DNA of 64,000 nt. Origin: Acidimicrobiia bacterium. Its GTDB lineage: Bacteria; Actinomycetota; Acidimicrobiia; Spongiisociales; ZC4RG35. Made by a program: the position numbers and the translations under genes. The notes under the pieces were generated by a model, which saw nothing but the letters and a program-made list of their open reading frames with translations, did no database searches and was not told the DNA's origin. Below are positions 9,742 through 18,880 of this stretch, one piece after another (the stretch's first letter is position 1; each line of letters starts with the position of its first letter). The stretch spans positions 341,863 to 405,862 of the forward strand of contig OZ244034.1 in NCBI GenBank assembly GCA_965215185.1. Reading direction: 5' to 3'.

Positions 9742-11304
9742 GTGAGCTATAGGTGGTTAACCGGGGGGGTGGCGGCGGTCTTTTTGGGCTACCTTTTCCT
9801 GTACCCCATGGCCCGAATCTTTGGGTTGTCGCTGGGAGAGGAGGGCGCTTTCGGGGCGTTCGGGCAGGTGCTGGTCAACCCCGGCCTGAGAAGCGCTCTC
9901 TGGTTTTCGATATGGCAGTCGGCCGCTTCGGTGGCCCTCACCCTGGTGATGGCAGCTCCGATCACGTGGGCGATTTCCCGATTCCAGTTCCCGGGTCGCT
10001 CCCTGGCCAGAGCACTGGTAACAGCTCCCTTTGTGCTGCCCACTGTGGTGGTGGGATCGGCCTTCTTGGCGCTGGGTGTCGAGGGGAGCGTCTGGGCGAT
10101 CCTGGCTGCCCATGTCTTCTACAACCTGGCAGTGGTGGTGCGGACCGTGGGAGGGGTGTGGGCTCGGATCGACCGGTCCCTGTTCGAAGCGGCGCGAACG
10201 CTGGGAGCCGGTCCTCGACAGGTCTTCTGGCGACTTACCCTCCCCCTGCTGCGTCCCGCGTTGGCCGCTTCGGCCGCCATCGTCTTTTTGTTCACCTTCA
10301 CCTCTTTTGGGGTGGTGCTGATTCTGGGCGGCCTTCGCTACCGGACGTTGGAGGTGGAGATCTGGCAGCAAACGGTGGTGTTTCTGAATCTTCCCGTCGC
10401 CGCCGCTTTGGCCATTGTCCAACTGGTGGGGGTGACCGCGGTGCTGGCCTGGTATTCCCGATACCAGGAGCGCAAGTCGGTGGGGTTGGAATTGGCCGCA
10501 GAGAGCCGGAACCTTCGCAGGCCCTCCACCTCTGGTGAGAGACTGGGGGTGGCGGCGGCGGTGTTGGGCACGCTGGGGGCCATCTCTATTCCGCTGGTGA
10601 TGCTGGTGGCGCGATCGCTGCGGGGAGGTGGGGCGGGTTGGCGTTTCTTGGCGGATCCGGGTGAGCTGGCAGTCACACCTGGTAGGGCGATGGCCAACTC
10701 GCTGTGGTATGCCCTGGCCACCGGGGTGATTGCGGTGACGGTGGGACTGTGCGCTTCGACGGTAATCGTCTCCGGCAAAGGCCGTCCGGCCCGATGGTTT
10801 GATGTGGTGTTGATGCTGCCGCTGGGCGCCTCGGCCGTGACCGTGGGATTCGGGATGTTGGTGGCCCTGGATTGGCCGGTCGACCTGCGGGCCACGGTAG
10901 TGCTCGTGCCGCTGGCGCACGCTTTGGTGGCCACCCCCTTTGTGGTGCGCACGGTTACCCCGATGCTGCGCTCGGTCGGCGCAGGGCTACGGGAGGCCGC
11001 CTCGGTGTTGGGCGCCTCACCGTGGCGAGTTTTTCGGGAGATTGATCTGCCCATAGCGGCCCGGGCGGCGGCGGTGGGGGCCGGTTTTGCCGCAGCGGTT
11101 TCCCTGGGCGAATTCGGAGCCACCTCCTTTATTGCCCGGCCCGACACGATCACGGTTCCCGCTCTCATCTTCAGGCTGCTGGGACGTCCGGGAGCGGTCA
11201 GCTACACGGGCGCCATGGCCATGGCAGTAGTGCTGGCGGCCATGGTGACGTTTCTGATCATGGCGGTTGATCGGGTCCGGCTGGGAGATCTGGGGAGCTT
11301 TTAA
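9742..11304 (+). CDS. ABC transporter permease with two fused permease domains (ThiP-like)
   Basis: 520 aa with ~12 predicted TM helices and two ABC-permease EAA-like loops ('EAARTLGAGPRQVFWRLTLP', 'EAASVLGASPWRVFREIDLP'). No ATPase gene follows it in the window. Confidence 0.8.
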   Translation: MSYRWLTGGVAAVFLGYLFLYPMARIFGLSLGEEGAFGAFGQVLVNPGLRSALWFSIWQSAASVALTLVMAAPITWAISRFQFPGRSLARALVTAPFVLPTVVVGSAFLALGVEGSVWAILAAHVFYNLAVVVRTVGGVWARIDRSLFEAARTLGAGPRQVFWRLTLPLLRPALAASAAIVFLFTFTSFGVVLILGGLRYRTLEVEIWQQTVVFLNLPVAAALAIVQLVGVTAVLAWYSRYQERKSVGLELAAESRNLRRPSTSGERLGVAAAVLGTLGAISIPLVMLVARSLRGGGAGWRFLADPGELAVTPGRAMANSLWYALATGVIAVTVGLCASTVIVSGKGRPARWFDVVLMLPLGASAVTVGFGMLVALDWPVDLRATVVLVPLAHALVATPFVVRTVTPMLRSVGAGLREAASVLGASPWRVFREIDLPIAARAAAVGAGFAAAVSLGEFGATSFIARPDTITVPALIFRLLGRPGAVSYTGAMAMAVVLAAMVTFLIMAVDRVRLGDLGSF

Positions 11305-11443
11305 ACAGCAGGCCCAGGCCTGCAAGGCCTATTAGGACGCCTTCTTCGGTTTCTCATCCAATCTTCAGGCCTGTTTCAGGAAAGGTTCAGGTTTGATGAA
11401 ACAGATTGTTAGTGCATAGCCCACTGCAGAAAGGAGAAGGTGC

Positions 11444-11899
11444 ATGCGTAAAGCAATCTTTGCGGGGGCGGTGGTTCTGCTGCTCGGCATTGGATCTGTG
11501 GCGTTGGCGCATCCTGGAAATGGTCTGTCCGAAGATGGAGACGCCGCCCATCGAGGCAGCTTCCTGGAAGAGGTCCTGACCGATCTGGTGTCCGACGGCA
11601 CTATCACCCTAGACCAGCTTGACGCCATCACCGCCGCCCTGCAAGAAAAGAGGGAGGTGATAGCGGCGACGAGGCAAGAGGCAAAAGAGCAACTCGAGTC
11701 CTTCTGGGAGGACGACGTGCTGACCGAAGATGAAATCAACCAGCTTGCCTTTGCGGATCGCATTCTCGAAATGGATGGCGTTTCCGACGCTCTTGCGGAT
11801 GGACAGATCACCCGCCAGGAAATGGAGGACCTCCGCCCTGAGGTAAGAAGCGGTCACGGGCGAAGGGGGTTACGAGGTCACGGGGGTGGACGCCGCTAA
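11444..11899 (+). CDS. secreted hypothetical protein, possible LTXXQ-motif (CpxP/Spy-like) periplasmic helical protein
   Basis: Has a signal peptide 'MRKAIFAGAVVLLLGIGSVALA', followed by an acidic helical region with three (I/L)Txx(Q/E)-like units ('ITLDQL', 'LTEDEI', 'ITRQEM'). Weak family call. Confidence 0.3.
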   Translation: MRKAIFAGAVVLLLGIGSVALAHPGNGLSEDGDAAHRGSFLEEVLTDLVSDGTITLDQLDAITAALQEKREVIAATRQEAKEQLESFWEDDVLTEDEINQLAFADRILEMDGVSDALADGQITRQEMEDLRPEVRSGHGRRGLRGHGGGRR

Positions 11900-11932
11900 G
11901 CAATTCAATCCCCTTCCCGCCGCTTGATCGGT

Positions 11933-11975
11933 GAACGGGCCCTGGGACTATCCCCGGGGCCCGTTTCCGCTTTAA
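11933..11975. terminator. GC-rich hairpin with a T-tract between convergent genes (putative bidirectional terminator)
   Basis: The inverted repeat 'gaacgggccctggg...ccccggggcccgttt' is followed by 'ccgcttt'. It lies between the 11444(+) and 12020(-) genes. Confidence 0.4.
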
Positions 11976-12019
11976 GGTCGCAGGAGCGGGAGCAAAAGTC
12001 CGGCTGATCTGGCCGTCCC

Positions 12020-12858
12020 TTATGCTCGCTCGACCGGAAGGCTGAAACCCACTTCGGCGCCAACGCCGGCGCGATTGCGGGCGAAAACCGTTCCCCCGTG
12101 GGCAGTTATCAGATGTTCCACGATCGCCAGTCCCAGACCGGAGCCGGGGGTGGAGTGGGCTTGGCGGGACCGGTAAAAGCGCAGGAAGATGTGGGGAAGG
12201 TCATCCTCGGGAATGCCGGCGCCGTCATCTGAGACCGTCACCCTCCCACCCTCCAGGTTGATCTCCACTGTCGGAGCGGCCCACTTGACGGCGTTCTCGA
12301 CCAGGTTGCCCAAGGCCCTTTCCAGCTGGGACCGCCGTCCCCTCACTGACGAACCCTCTCCGGAAACCTCCACTTCCTTGGCGCCCATCCGGCGGAACCG
12401 GAGGGCCACATCGGAGGCCAGTTCATTGAGATATATGTTGGTGAGATCCTCGTCGTGGTGTTGTACGTCGGTGGCCAGATCTACCAGTTCGGTCGTCAAC
12501 CCCGCCAACTGGTTCGATTGGGTCAGGGCAGCCTCCAGCAATTCGCGGCGTTGAGCGTCGGCGAGCCCCCGGTCTTGGCGGAGCAGAGTCTCCAGGTTGG
12601 TCTTGACAGCGGTGATCGGGGTACGGAATTCATGACCTGCGTCGGCGACAAGTCGCTGCTGTTCCCGTCTTGAGGCCGCCAGTGAGGCGACCATCGAAGA
12701 GAAGGCGCCGGCCAGCCGTCTCCGATTTCCGCAGGCGCCTCCAAGTCGAGATGCTCTCCCGCGTCCAGCCTCTCCGTGGTGGCAATCTGTTCCGCAGCTT
12801 CCGTAAGGTCACTGACCGGTCGGACCGCCCTCGAGGCTAGTACCCAGCCTGTACCCAA
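12020..12858 (-). pseudogene. sensor histidine kinase remnant (HAMP fragment and HisKA+HATPase in different frames; no sensor/TM region, no partner response regulator)
   Basis: ORF 12020-12694 has the H-box 'AGHEFRTPITAV' and the HATPase 'GSGLGLAIVEHLITAHGG' region. ORF 12523-12858, in another frame, carries a HAMP-like 'LASRAVRPVSDLTEAAEQIA'. Upstream of 12858 the sequence becomes repeats and island DNA. Confidence 0.6.
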
Positions 12859-12870
12859 CTGAGACCTACA

Positions 12871-12963
12871 CCCATCGGTTTCCCGTCGTGCCTCCTGAAC
12901 GAGATTGTTTCGATCAAAATGTGACCGGGCCGTCGCCTATCGGTTTCCCGTCGTGCCTCCTGG
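12871..12963. repeat. direct repeat pair (~25 bp, 'c(c/t)atcggtttcccgtcgtgcctcctg') separated by ~40 bp at the left edge of the accessory island
   Basis: Copies read directly at 12871-12897 and 12936-12963. Confidence 0.5.
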
Positions 12964-13144
12964 ATCTCACGCGCCGACGAAGGCAGCAGTGGAGTCCATT
13001 CTTGTGGTGTACGGGGGCCTGGTGGGGTTCAATGGGTTCGATCCTCAACGAAATCCCCTGTGACATGGTGCGGTAGCCAATCTAACTCCTCCCCAGACAA
13101 GATTTACCTTGGCCAGCCTCGACAACGTGAAGCTTCTCCTCCAA

Positions 13145-14128
13145 TCACTGGATATCGCCGGTGAGAGCCTGCCTGGGATTCGTTATAAGAATCGTAGAGA
13201 CAGTTTCATCAGAGACGCCTTGCTTACGCAACTGAGGAACGATTCTGGTCAGAAGATAATCATAACCATTACCGCCTCTAGCCCGCAGAGAGCTCCGAAA
13301 ACAGACATCTTGTGATAGCAGAATATGCCTAGTAAAACCTTTGTCGATCAAGGACACTACATACTCAAGAGCCCTGATATCATCAAACGAAGAAGCCGCG
13401 GTTCCAAAGTGATCAAAGGAGACGAAGGCACCTCGGCGTACCAACGATTCGTGATAGTCAATCACATCATTTGACGACATCCAACCGGCATCTGACACCG
13501 AATCGCAGTGACCGATGATGACGCGACACGGACTCACTCCTTCCTCTTCAAGGAGATCAAGTTGCACATGGCCCACCGGCCAGCGGGCGGCGTGCGTGCT
13601 TATGGTTACCCCGGTTCGACGGTGAGCGCGGGCAGCTGCCCTGAACACGCGTTCTTCATGAGCTGTCAGGAATGCGTCACAACCTATCTCACCAATGATT
13701 CCCGCACGTATTCCTGTACCGTCAATGCCGACCTCTATTTCGTCCACCATCCAGCGAGCGAGCTGATCTACGCTGTTCTGGTCAACCCATTCACTGTCCA
13801 GGTAGGGGTGCCTATAAAGCCCGGTTCCCACAACGATGTTCAAGCCCGTCGCTTCACTGACCTGCTGGACCTGCTGTGGTTGACGGCCCATCCCTCGGAG
13901 AGTGAGATCCACAAGGCTTTGACCCCCGGCACTCTTGAAGCGGCTTAACTCCTCCACAGCTAGAGCACCGTCATTCAGCCAACCATCACCACGATACTCA
14001 GAAATCAAAGTGCAGAACACGTGCTCATGCATCAATGTCACTCCAAGATCGTCTGGTGATATCTCACCGAGCACCGTCGTAATATGCTGCCTGCTATTCA
14101 TGGGTCTGGGGTTACAGCATGAAACCAC
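13145..14128 (-). CDS. phosphotriesterase-family (PTE/PHP, amidohydrolase) protein
   Basis: 327 aa. 'VTLMHEHVF' is the N-terminal metal-binding His pair of the PTE family, and 'IIGHCD' is the later His/Asp ligand region. Confidence 0.7.
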   Translation of the reverse strand: MVSCCNPRPMNSRQHITTVLGEISPDDLGVTLMHEHVFCTLISEYRGDGWLNDGALAVEELSRFKSAGGQSLVDLTLRGMGRQPQQVQQVSEATGLNIVVGTGLYRHPYLDSEWVDQNSVDQLARWMVDEIEVGIDGTGIRAGIIGEIGCDAFLTAHEERVFRAAARAHRRTGVTISTHAARWPVGHVQLDLLEEEGVSPCRVIIGHCDSVSDAGWMSSNDVIDYHESLVRRGAFVSFDHFGTAASSFDDIRALEYVVSLIDKGFTRHILLSQDVCFRSSLRARGGNGYDYLLTRIVPQLRKQGVSDETVSTILITNPRQALTGDIQ

Positions 14129-14233
14129 GGGGTTGAATCACCAGGCACGTGCTTCTCGCTGGATCCAATTTCATTAGGCCAGTCCAAGCTCATTTGCCAT
14201 TGTTGTATACCAAGCACCCAGAATGGTGTATTC

Positions 14234-14274
14234 GTGCTCCAAGGTGAACGCCCTGCGGGTTCACCTTGGAGCAC
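14234..14274. promoter_or_regulatory. perfect 16-bp inverted repeat with a 9-nt spacer, between the amidase 3' end and the PTE gene 5' end
   Basis: 'gtgctccaaggtgaac gccctgcgg gttcaccttggagcac'. It could be the amidase terminator hairpin and/or an operator for the PTE gene. Confidence 0.4.
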
Positions 14275-14342
14275 TGTATCGAGCAGCCTGTTTCTGTGAA
14301 TGGACCTGTCGCTCTGTTGAGATATCATGCCATCGACTTCGT

Positions 14343-15923
14343 TCATACGTCGGCACCAGAAGATCTATCATTAGCAGCCTTTTCTACCTCAAACGCAGCG
14401 TTAAACAACAGATCTTCATCGAAACGCCTACCGATGATTTGTAACCCGATAGGTAAGCCATTGTCACCCGTACCACACGGTACCGTTATTGCAGGATGTC
14501 CCGTCAAGTTCGCAGGACATGTATTGAGATTATTGCGGAACAGGCCACGTTGCTTCGCCTGTCCGACTTCCGACTCCTCCAGGGTAGGAAGCCGAACAGC
14601 CTTCATCGGTGTCGTAGGAGTAACAAGCACATCGTATTCCTTGAACGTATCGTCCAGTTGCTGTGACCAAAAGTGCCGAAGATTCTGGGCCTTCGAAAAG
14701 TAGGTACTGCAATACTCTTGCTGCAGATATTTAGCAAGAATTAGATGTACGATCAGGAGGGGCGATAGAAGACGGCCTGAAGCGCGTCGTGCCTTTCCAA
14801 ACAAGTTCTGCCAACCAGGATCACACATACCAGGCCGGGAATATCCTTCGAGGTCAGAATCGACCATCGCAGCAAGCGAATGAGTCATTATGGTCAGTAT
14901 CACCGATTCGCATTGCTTCCACCACGGAAGGGAGATCTCTTGCACCTCCGCACCTTGATCCCTCAGTCCCTCCACAGCATCTCGGACGCTCGAGTTGACG
15001 TCCGATTCCCCGTCTAGCCAATCCATCGATTCCTTTAGAACGCCAATCCGAAGATTTCCGACGCCCTTCTCCCCAAGGCCCTGACTGTATGCCTGAGATT
15101 GGTATGGAACCCGAACAGACACTGGGCTTCGGGGATCTTCACCAGCCAACACCTCAAGTGCTAAAGCAGCATCCTTCACAGTTGACGCTATGGGACAAAC
15201 ATGGTCAAGCGTGTGGTCCACATAAGCGATGCCGAAGCTTGGCACCAAGCCATGTGTCGCCTTGATCGACACGACACCGCACCAAGCGGCCGGAATACGG
15301 GCGCTACCCCCCTGGTCTACTCCAAGCGCGATGTCAACTTCCCCGGCCGCAACCGCTGCCGCGCTCCCGGACGAAGATCCTCCCGCGGAATACGCTGGAT
15401 CATGAGGATTCCTCGCTGGACCAAATTCGCTGGACTCTCCTCCCGCGCCGAAGCTGAAACTATCCATGTTCAGTTTGCCCACGATTGTCCCGCCCGCATC
15501 AAGAATCCTCTCAACGACAGTCGCGTCCATGGATGGCACATACCCGTCCATCAGCCGTGAACCGTTGGTCATCGGGACACCAGCGAGCTTAATGTTGTCT
15601 TTTAAACCAACTCGTTTCCCTAACAGCTTGCCCGATTCTGAGCCTCTCACTAAACAGCGCCGAATGTATACGTTGAACGGATCGCTCTCGTTATCGGACG
15701 GCTCGCCTATCTCACGTTCAGGATATCTGACTGGAACTGAAGGAATGTCTAGGTCATTAATTTGGTCGATTTGCGACAGTATGTTCCAGATCTGATCCAT
15801 ATAGGACTCGGCCTCGTTAGCGGACAAGCGAATATACTGAGAGGCCGCAAGTTCCTGTACCTCGGACAGCTCTGGACACCGCAGCCGCCCATGCAATCTA
15901 TCACGATGCTCCATCTGTGTCAT
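14343..15923 (-). CDS. amidase (amidase-signature family)
   Basis: 526 aa with the AS-family signature 'GGSSSGSAAAVAAGEVDIALGVDQGGSARIPAAWCGVVSIKATHGLV' (Ser-cisSer-Lys triad region). Confidence 0.8.
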   Translation of the reverse strand: MTQMEHRDRLHGRLRCPELSEVQELAASQYIRLSANEAESYMDQIWNILSQIDQINDLDIPSVPVRYPEREIGEPSDNESDPFNVYIRRCLVRGSESGKLLGKRVGLKDNIKLAGVPMTNGSRLMDGYVPSMDATVVERILDAGGTIVGKLNMDSFSFGAGGESSEFGPARNPHDPAYSAGGSSSGSAAAVAAGEVDIALGVDQGGSARIPAAWCGVVSIKATHGLVPSFGIAYVDHTLDHVCPIASTVKDAALALEVLAGEDPRSPVSVRVPYQSQAYSQGLGEKGVGNLRIGVLKESMDWLDGESDVNSSVRDAVEGLRDQGAEVQEISLPWWKQCESVILTIMTHSLAAMVDSDLEGYSRPGMCDPGWQNLFGKARRASGRLLSPLLIVHLILAKYLQQEYCSTYFSKAQNLRHFWSQQLDDTFKEYDVLVTPTTPMKAVRLPTLEESEVGQAKQRGLFRNNLNTCPANLTGHPAITVPCGTGDNGLPIGLQIIGRRFDEDLLFNAAFEVEKAANDRSSGADV

Positions 15924-16025
15924 CCGACTCCTTTACAGGCGAGCTCGATAGCTAGCCGTCTTTCCGATCTTATGCTATTCACTTGTGCAACGCTGGCATG
16001 CATTTCATTATCCTTACAGCACGAA

Positions 16026-16853
16026 TCATTCGCGGTTGTCTTGCAGAGTCTCTCCAGTCTCTATGAGACCGGTTCTTTTTGGCACGTTGACTACACTAGA
16101 AAGAAGAGCTTTTGTGTAATTGGATTGTGGATTAGATATGACGTCTCTTGTGGCTCCAGTTTCTAATATTGTCCCTCGTTGCATCACCGCTATCCGATCA
16201 CTTATGAAACTGACAACGCCTATGTCATGTGCAACAAACAAATAGGTCAAACCGAGCTCCTCTTGGAGATCCATAAGCAGATTCAAAACCTGTGCTTGGA
16301 TCGAGACATCTAGAGACGAAACGGGCTCATCCAGGAAAACAAACCGCGGCTCGATTACAAGGGCTCTAGCAATGCAGATTCTCTGGGCTTGCCCGCCGCT
16401 GAACTCATGAGGGTATCGGTCTGCGTCTGCGCTTTTGAGGCCAACTAGGTTCAAGACTTCGGCAACACGTTTCCGGCGATGTAGCCGGGAAAAGCCGAAG
16501 TTGATCAGTGGTAACTCGATTGACTGCCCAACGGTCTTGACGGGATTCAACGCCTCCAATGGATTCTGCGAAACCATCTGAATCTCTCTTCGGAGTGGCC
16601 TCAATGCCTTTTCAGAGACTCCCGTGATCGACTGGCCTCTGTATCTGATCTCGCCGGAGGTTGGTCTGACTAGTCCCATGATCATCAGTCCTAAGGTGGT
16701 CTTCCCGCCACCCGACTGCCCGACGAGACCGAACGTTTCGCCTCGCAGTATTTGAAGATTGGCGTTCTCGACTGCGACAAATGTGCGGCCTTTGTACCCT
16801 TGGAACTCCTTCGATACGTCAATTACCTGAAGGAGAAACGAGTGCTCACTCAT
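16026..16853 (-). CDS. peptide/nickel-type ABC transporter ATP-binding protein (DppF/OppF-like)
   Basis: Walker A 'GQSGGGKTT', signature 'FSGGQAQRICIARAL', Walker B 'VFLDEPVSSLD'. Confidence 0.85.
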   Translation of the reverse strand: MSEHSFLLQVIDVSKEFQGYKGRTFVAVENANLQILRGETFGLVGQSGGGKTTLGLMIMGLVRPTSGEIRYRGQSITGVSEKALRPLRREIQMVSQNPLEALNPVKTVGQSIELPLINFGFSRLHRRKRVAEVLNLVGLKSADADRYPHEFSGGQAQRICIARALVIEPRFVFLDEPVSSLDVSIQAQVLNLLMDLQEELGLTYLFVAHDIGVVSFISDRIAVMQRGTILETGATRDVISNPQSNYTKALLSSVVNVPKRTGLIETGETLQDNRE

Positions 16854-17902
16854 GTCGGTGAACCCGTTTCAAAGAGCCAACACTTCACTAGTGTGTCATC
16901 GGCTAGTCTAAATTCTGGAGGCGAGGATTGAAAACATCTCTCCATGGCATGTGGGCATCTCGGAGCGAATCTGCAACCTCGAGGGAGATTCTGAGGATCG
17001 GGTAGGCTTCCCTGAATTTGAGGGAGCCGCTTTCCCTTAGTTTCTAGGTCAGGAACGGAATCTCTAAGTCCGATTGTGTATGGGTGTTTCGGAGAGGTGA
17101 GAATCTCGCCAGTTGATGCCTGTTCCACTCGCTGGCCCATGTACATCACGACCACTCGATCAGATACCTGAGCTACGACACCGAGATCATGGCTTATTAG
17201 AAGAACCGACATTCCCGTTTCACGCTGTACCTGATCAATGAGCTCGAGTATCTCGACTTGAGTGAGAGAATCAAGCATCGTCGTTGGCTCGTCAGCTATC
17301 AATAGTTGCGGCTCACCTATCAATGCAAGCGCGAGCATGATGCGTTGATTGATACCTCCGCTTACCTGAAAAGGGCGCAAACTAACAATCCGCTCCGGGT
17401 CCTCAAGATCAAGGTACGATAGTAGTTCAAGGCTCAACTCCCGACCCTCGTCTTTAGTCACTGCTCGGTGCTTCCTAGCTGTCTCGATGAGCTGATCTCC
17501 AAGGCGAATTACCGGATTTAATGCGGCGTAAGGATTTTGAAAGATCATCGCGATCTGTTTGCCTCGAATCTCTTGCATCTCTTTATTGCTCTTTTTCATC
17601 AGGTCATGTCCTTTGAACATCAGCCGACCGTCGACTATTCGACCCTGATGCTGCGGAAGGAGCCTAAGAATGGACAATGCGGTTACGCTCTTGCCTGATC
17701 CTGACTCCCCGACAACAGCAACCACTTCGCCGCGCTCAACCTCCAAACTCATCCCGTCAACCGCCTTCAAGACACCATTTGGTAAGAAGAAGTGCGTGTG
17801 AAGATCGTCGACCTTGAGAAGGGCCCCGCCCCCATTGTCTTCGAGCATTGATGACCTGCTCAATACGACAGAGTCCGTTGTTTCGCTTATCCGGTTGTCC
17901 AC
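16850..17902 (-). CDS. peptide/nickel-type ABC transporter ATP-binding protein (DppD/OppD-like)
   Basis: Walker A 'GESGSGKSV', signature 'VSGGINQRIMLALAL', Walker B 'LIADEPTTMLD', and a C-terminal oligopeptide-ABC extension with 'CRFAPRCP' cysteines. There is a 4-bp overlap with the downstream ATPase gene. Confidence 0.85.
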   Translation of the reverse strand: MDNRISETTDSVVLSRSSMLEDNGGGALLKVDDLHTHFFLPNGVLKAVDGMSLEVERGEVVAVVGESGSGKSVTALSILRLLPQHQGRIVDGRLMFKGHDLMKKSNKEMQEIRGKQIAMIFQNPYAALNPVIRLGDQLIETARKHRAVTKDEGRELSLELLSYLDLEDPERIVSLRPFQVSGGINQRIMLALALIGEPQLLIADEPTTMLDSLTQVEILELIDQVQRETGMSVLLISHDLGVVAQVSDRVVVMYMGQRVEQASTGEILTSPKHPYTIGLRDSVPDLETKGKRLPQIQGSLPDPQNLPRGCRFAPRCPHAMERCFQSSPPEFRLADDTLVKCWLFETGSPT

Positions 17903-18834
17903 GTCCTCGTCCTATGTCTCGGATCGAGAGCGTCCCTGAGGCCGTCTCCTACAACGTTGAAAGCGAGTGCTACGACAATGATCAAGAATCCTGGAACGGT
18001 TGCGATATGGGGCAGTTCCTGCAGAACCACTCGTCCGCCAGCGGTCATGATTCCCCAGTCGGGAGTCGGAGGTTGAACACCAACCCCAAGAAAGCTGAGT
18101 CCAGCCGCCATGACGATCATCCCTCCCACTCCCGTCGATGCGTAAATGATGACAGGAGGAATCACATTGGGAAGCACCTCCCGCAGTAGCTTCCTCCTTT
18201 GAGGGGTGCCAGCTACCTGCGCTGCTCTCAAGTAGTCACTCCCGCGAACTGAAACCGCCTCGACAAACACCACGCGGGTCAAATATGGGATGGATACCAC
18301 GCCGATTGCAAGCATCAGGTTCATCATGCCTGGTCTCAAGATTGTCGCTACTGCTATGGCCAGTAGCACAGGAGGGAACGCGAACATCACGTCCAGGATC
18401 CTCATCGCCAGACCACCAATCCAGCCTGCCGAAAAAGCTGCCATCAGCCCTATCGCGAGCGAGGCTGCTAACGCGCCGAGAACAGGTAGGACTGCTACTG
18501 GAATTGAAACCCGTCCCCCCCAGAGAAGCCTTGTGAACACATCCCGTGCCTGTCCGTCGGTTCCTAAGAAATGGCCCGGGGTTCCCAAAGGGGCATAACG
18601 CCCGACTTCTCTATGAGCTTCATTTGGGCCGTAGGGGGTTAGGAGATCGGCCCCGAACGAAGCAGCCACAACAACAACAATGAGGATTAGGCCGGTAAGT
18701 GCAAGCCGGTCACGAGCGAACGTCCGGATAATGAGTCTGAACTGTCCGGTTTGCGTTGTCGTGAGCGGATCAGTCTGCCGGGTCCCTTTGTCTCGAGCTA
18801 CCGCTCCTTCCAGCACATCTCCCTCTTTTCTCAT
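17887..18834 (-). CDS. ABC transporter permease (DppC/OppC-like)
   Basis: 315 aa, about 6 TM helices, with a BPD_transp_1 region 'YLRAAQVAGTPQRRKLLREVLPNV'. Confidence 0.8.
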   Translation of the reverse strand: MRKEGDVLEGAVARDKGTRQTDPLTTTQTGQFRLIIRTFARDRLALTGLILIVVVVAASFGADLLTPYGPNEAHREVGRYAPLGTPGHFLGTDGQARDVFTRLLWGGRVSIPVAVLPVLGALAASLAIGLMAAFSAGWIGGLAMRILDVMFAFPPVLLAIAVATILRPGMMNLMLAIGVVSIPYLTRVVFVEAVSVRGSDYLRAAQVAGTPQRRKLLREVLPNVIPPVIIYASTGVGGMIVMAAGLSFLGVGVQPPTPDWGIMTAGGRVVLQELPHIATVPGFLIIVVALAFNVVGDGLRDALDPRHRTRTWTTG

Positions 18835-18880
18835 TGCTCTTGGCCGAATTCAGGCTCAACGGGTTCTGAAACTGATAGCT

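Noticed and set aside
9757-11168. Long antisense ORFs (387 aa and 276 aa) inside the thiamine-type permease gene. Similar shadow ORFs occur at 31345-32067, 62791-63382, 3287-3772, 7062-7676 and 10338-11168
   Set aside because: They are Arg/Pro/Gly-rich, low-complexity translations typical of the opposite strand of high-GC genes. Each fully overlaps a well-supported gene.
13030-13075. 'gggttcgatcc' resembles a tRNA T-arm, suggesting a tRNA 3' end as the island integration site
   Set aside because: No 5-bp T-stem, acceptor stem or CCA-compatible structure can be built around it on either strand. There is no D-arm or anticodon arm upstream.
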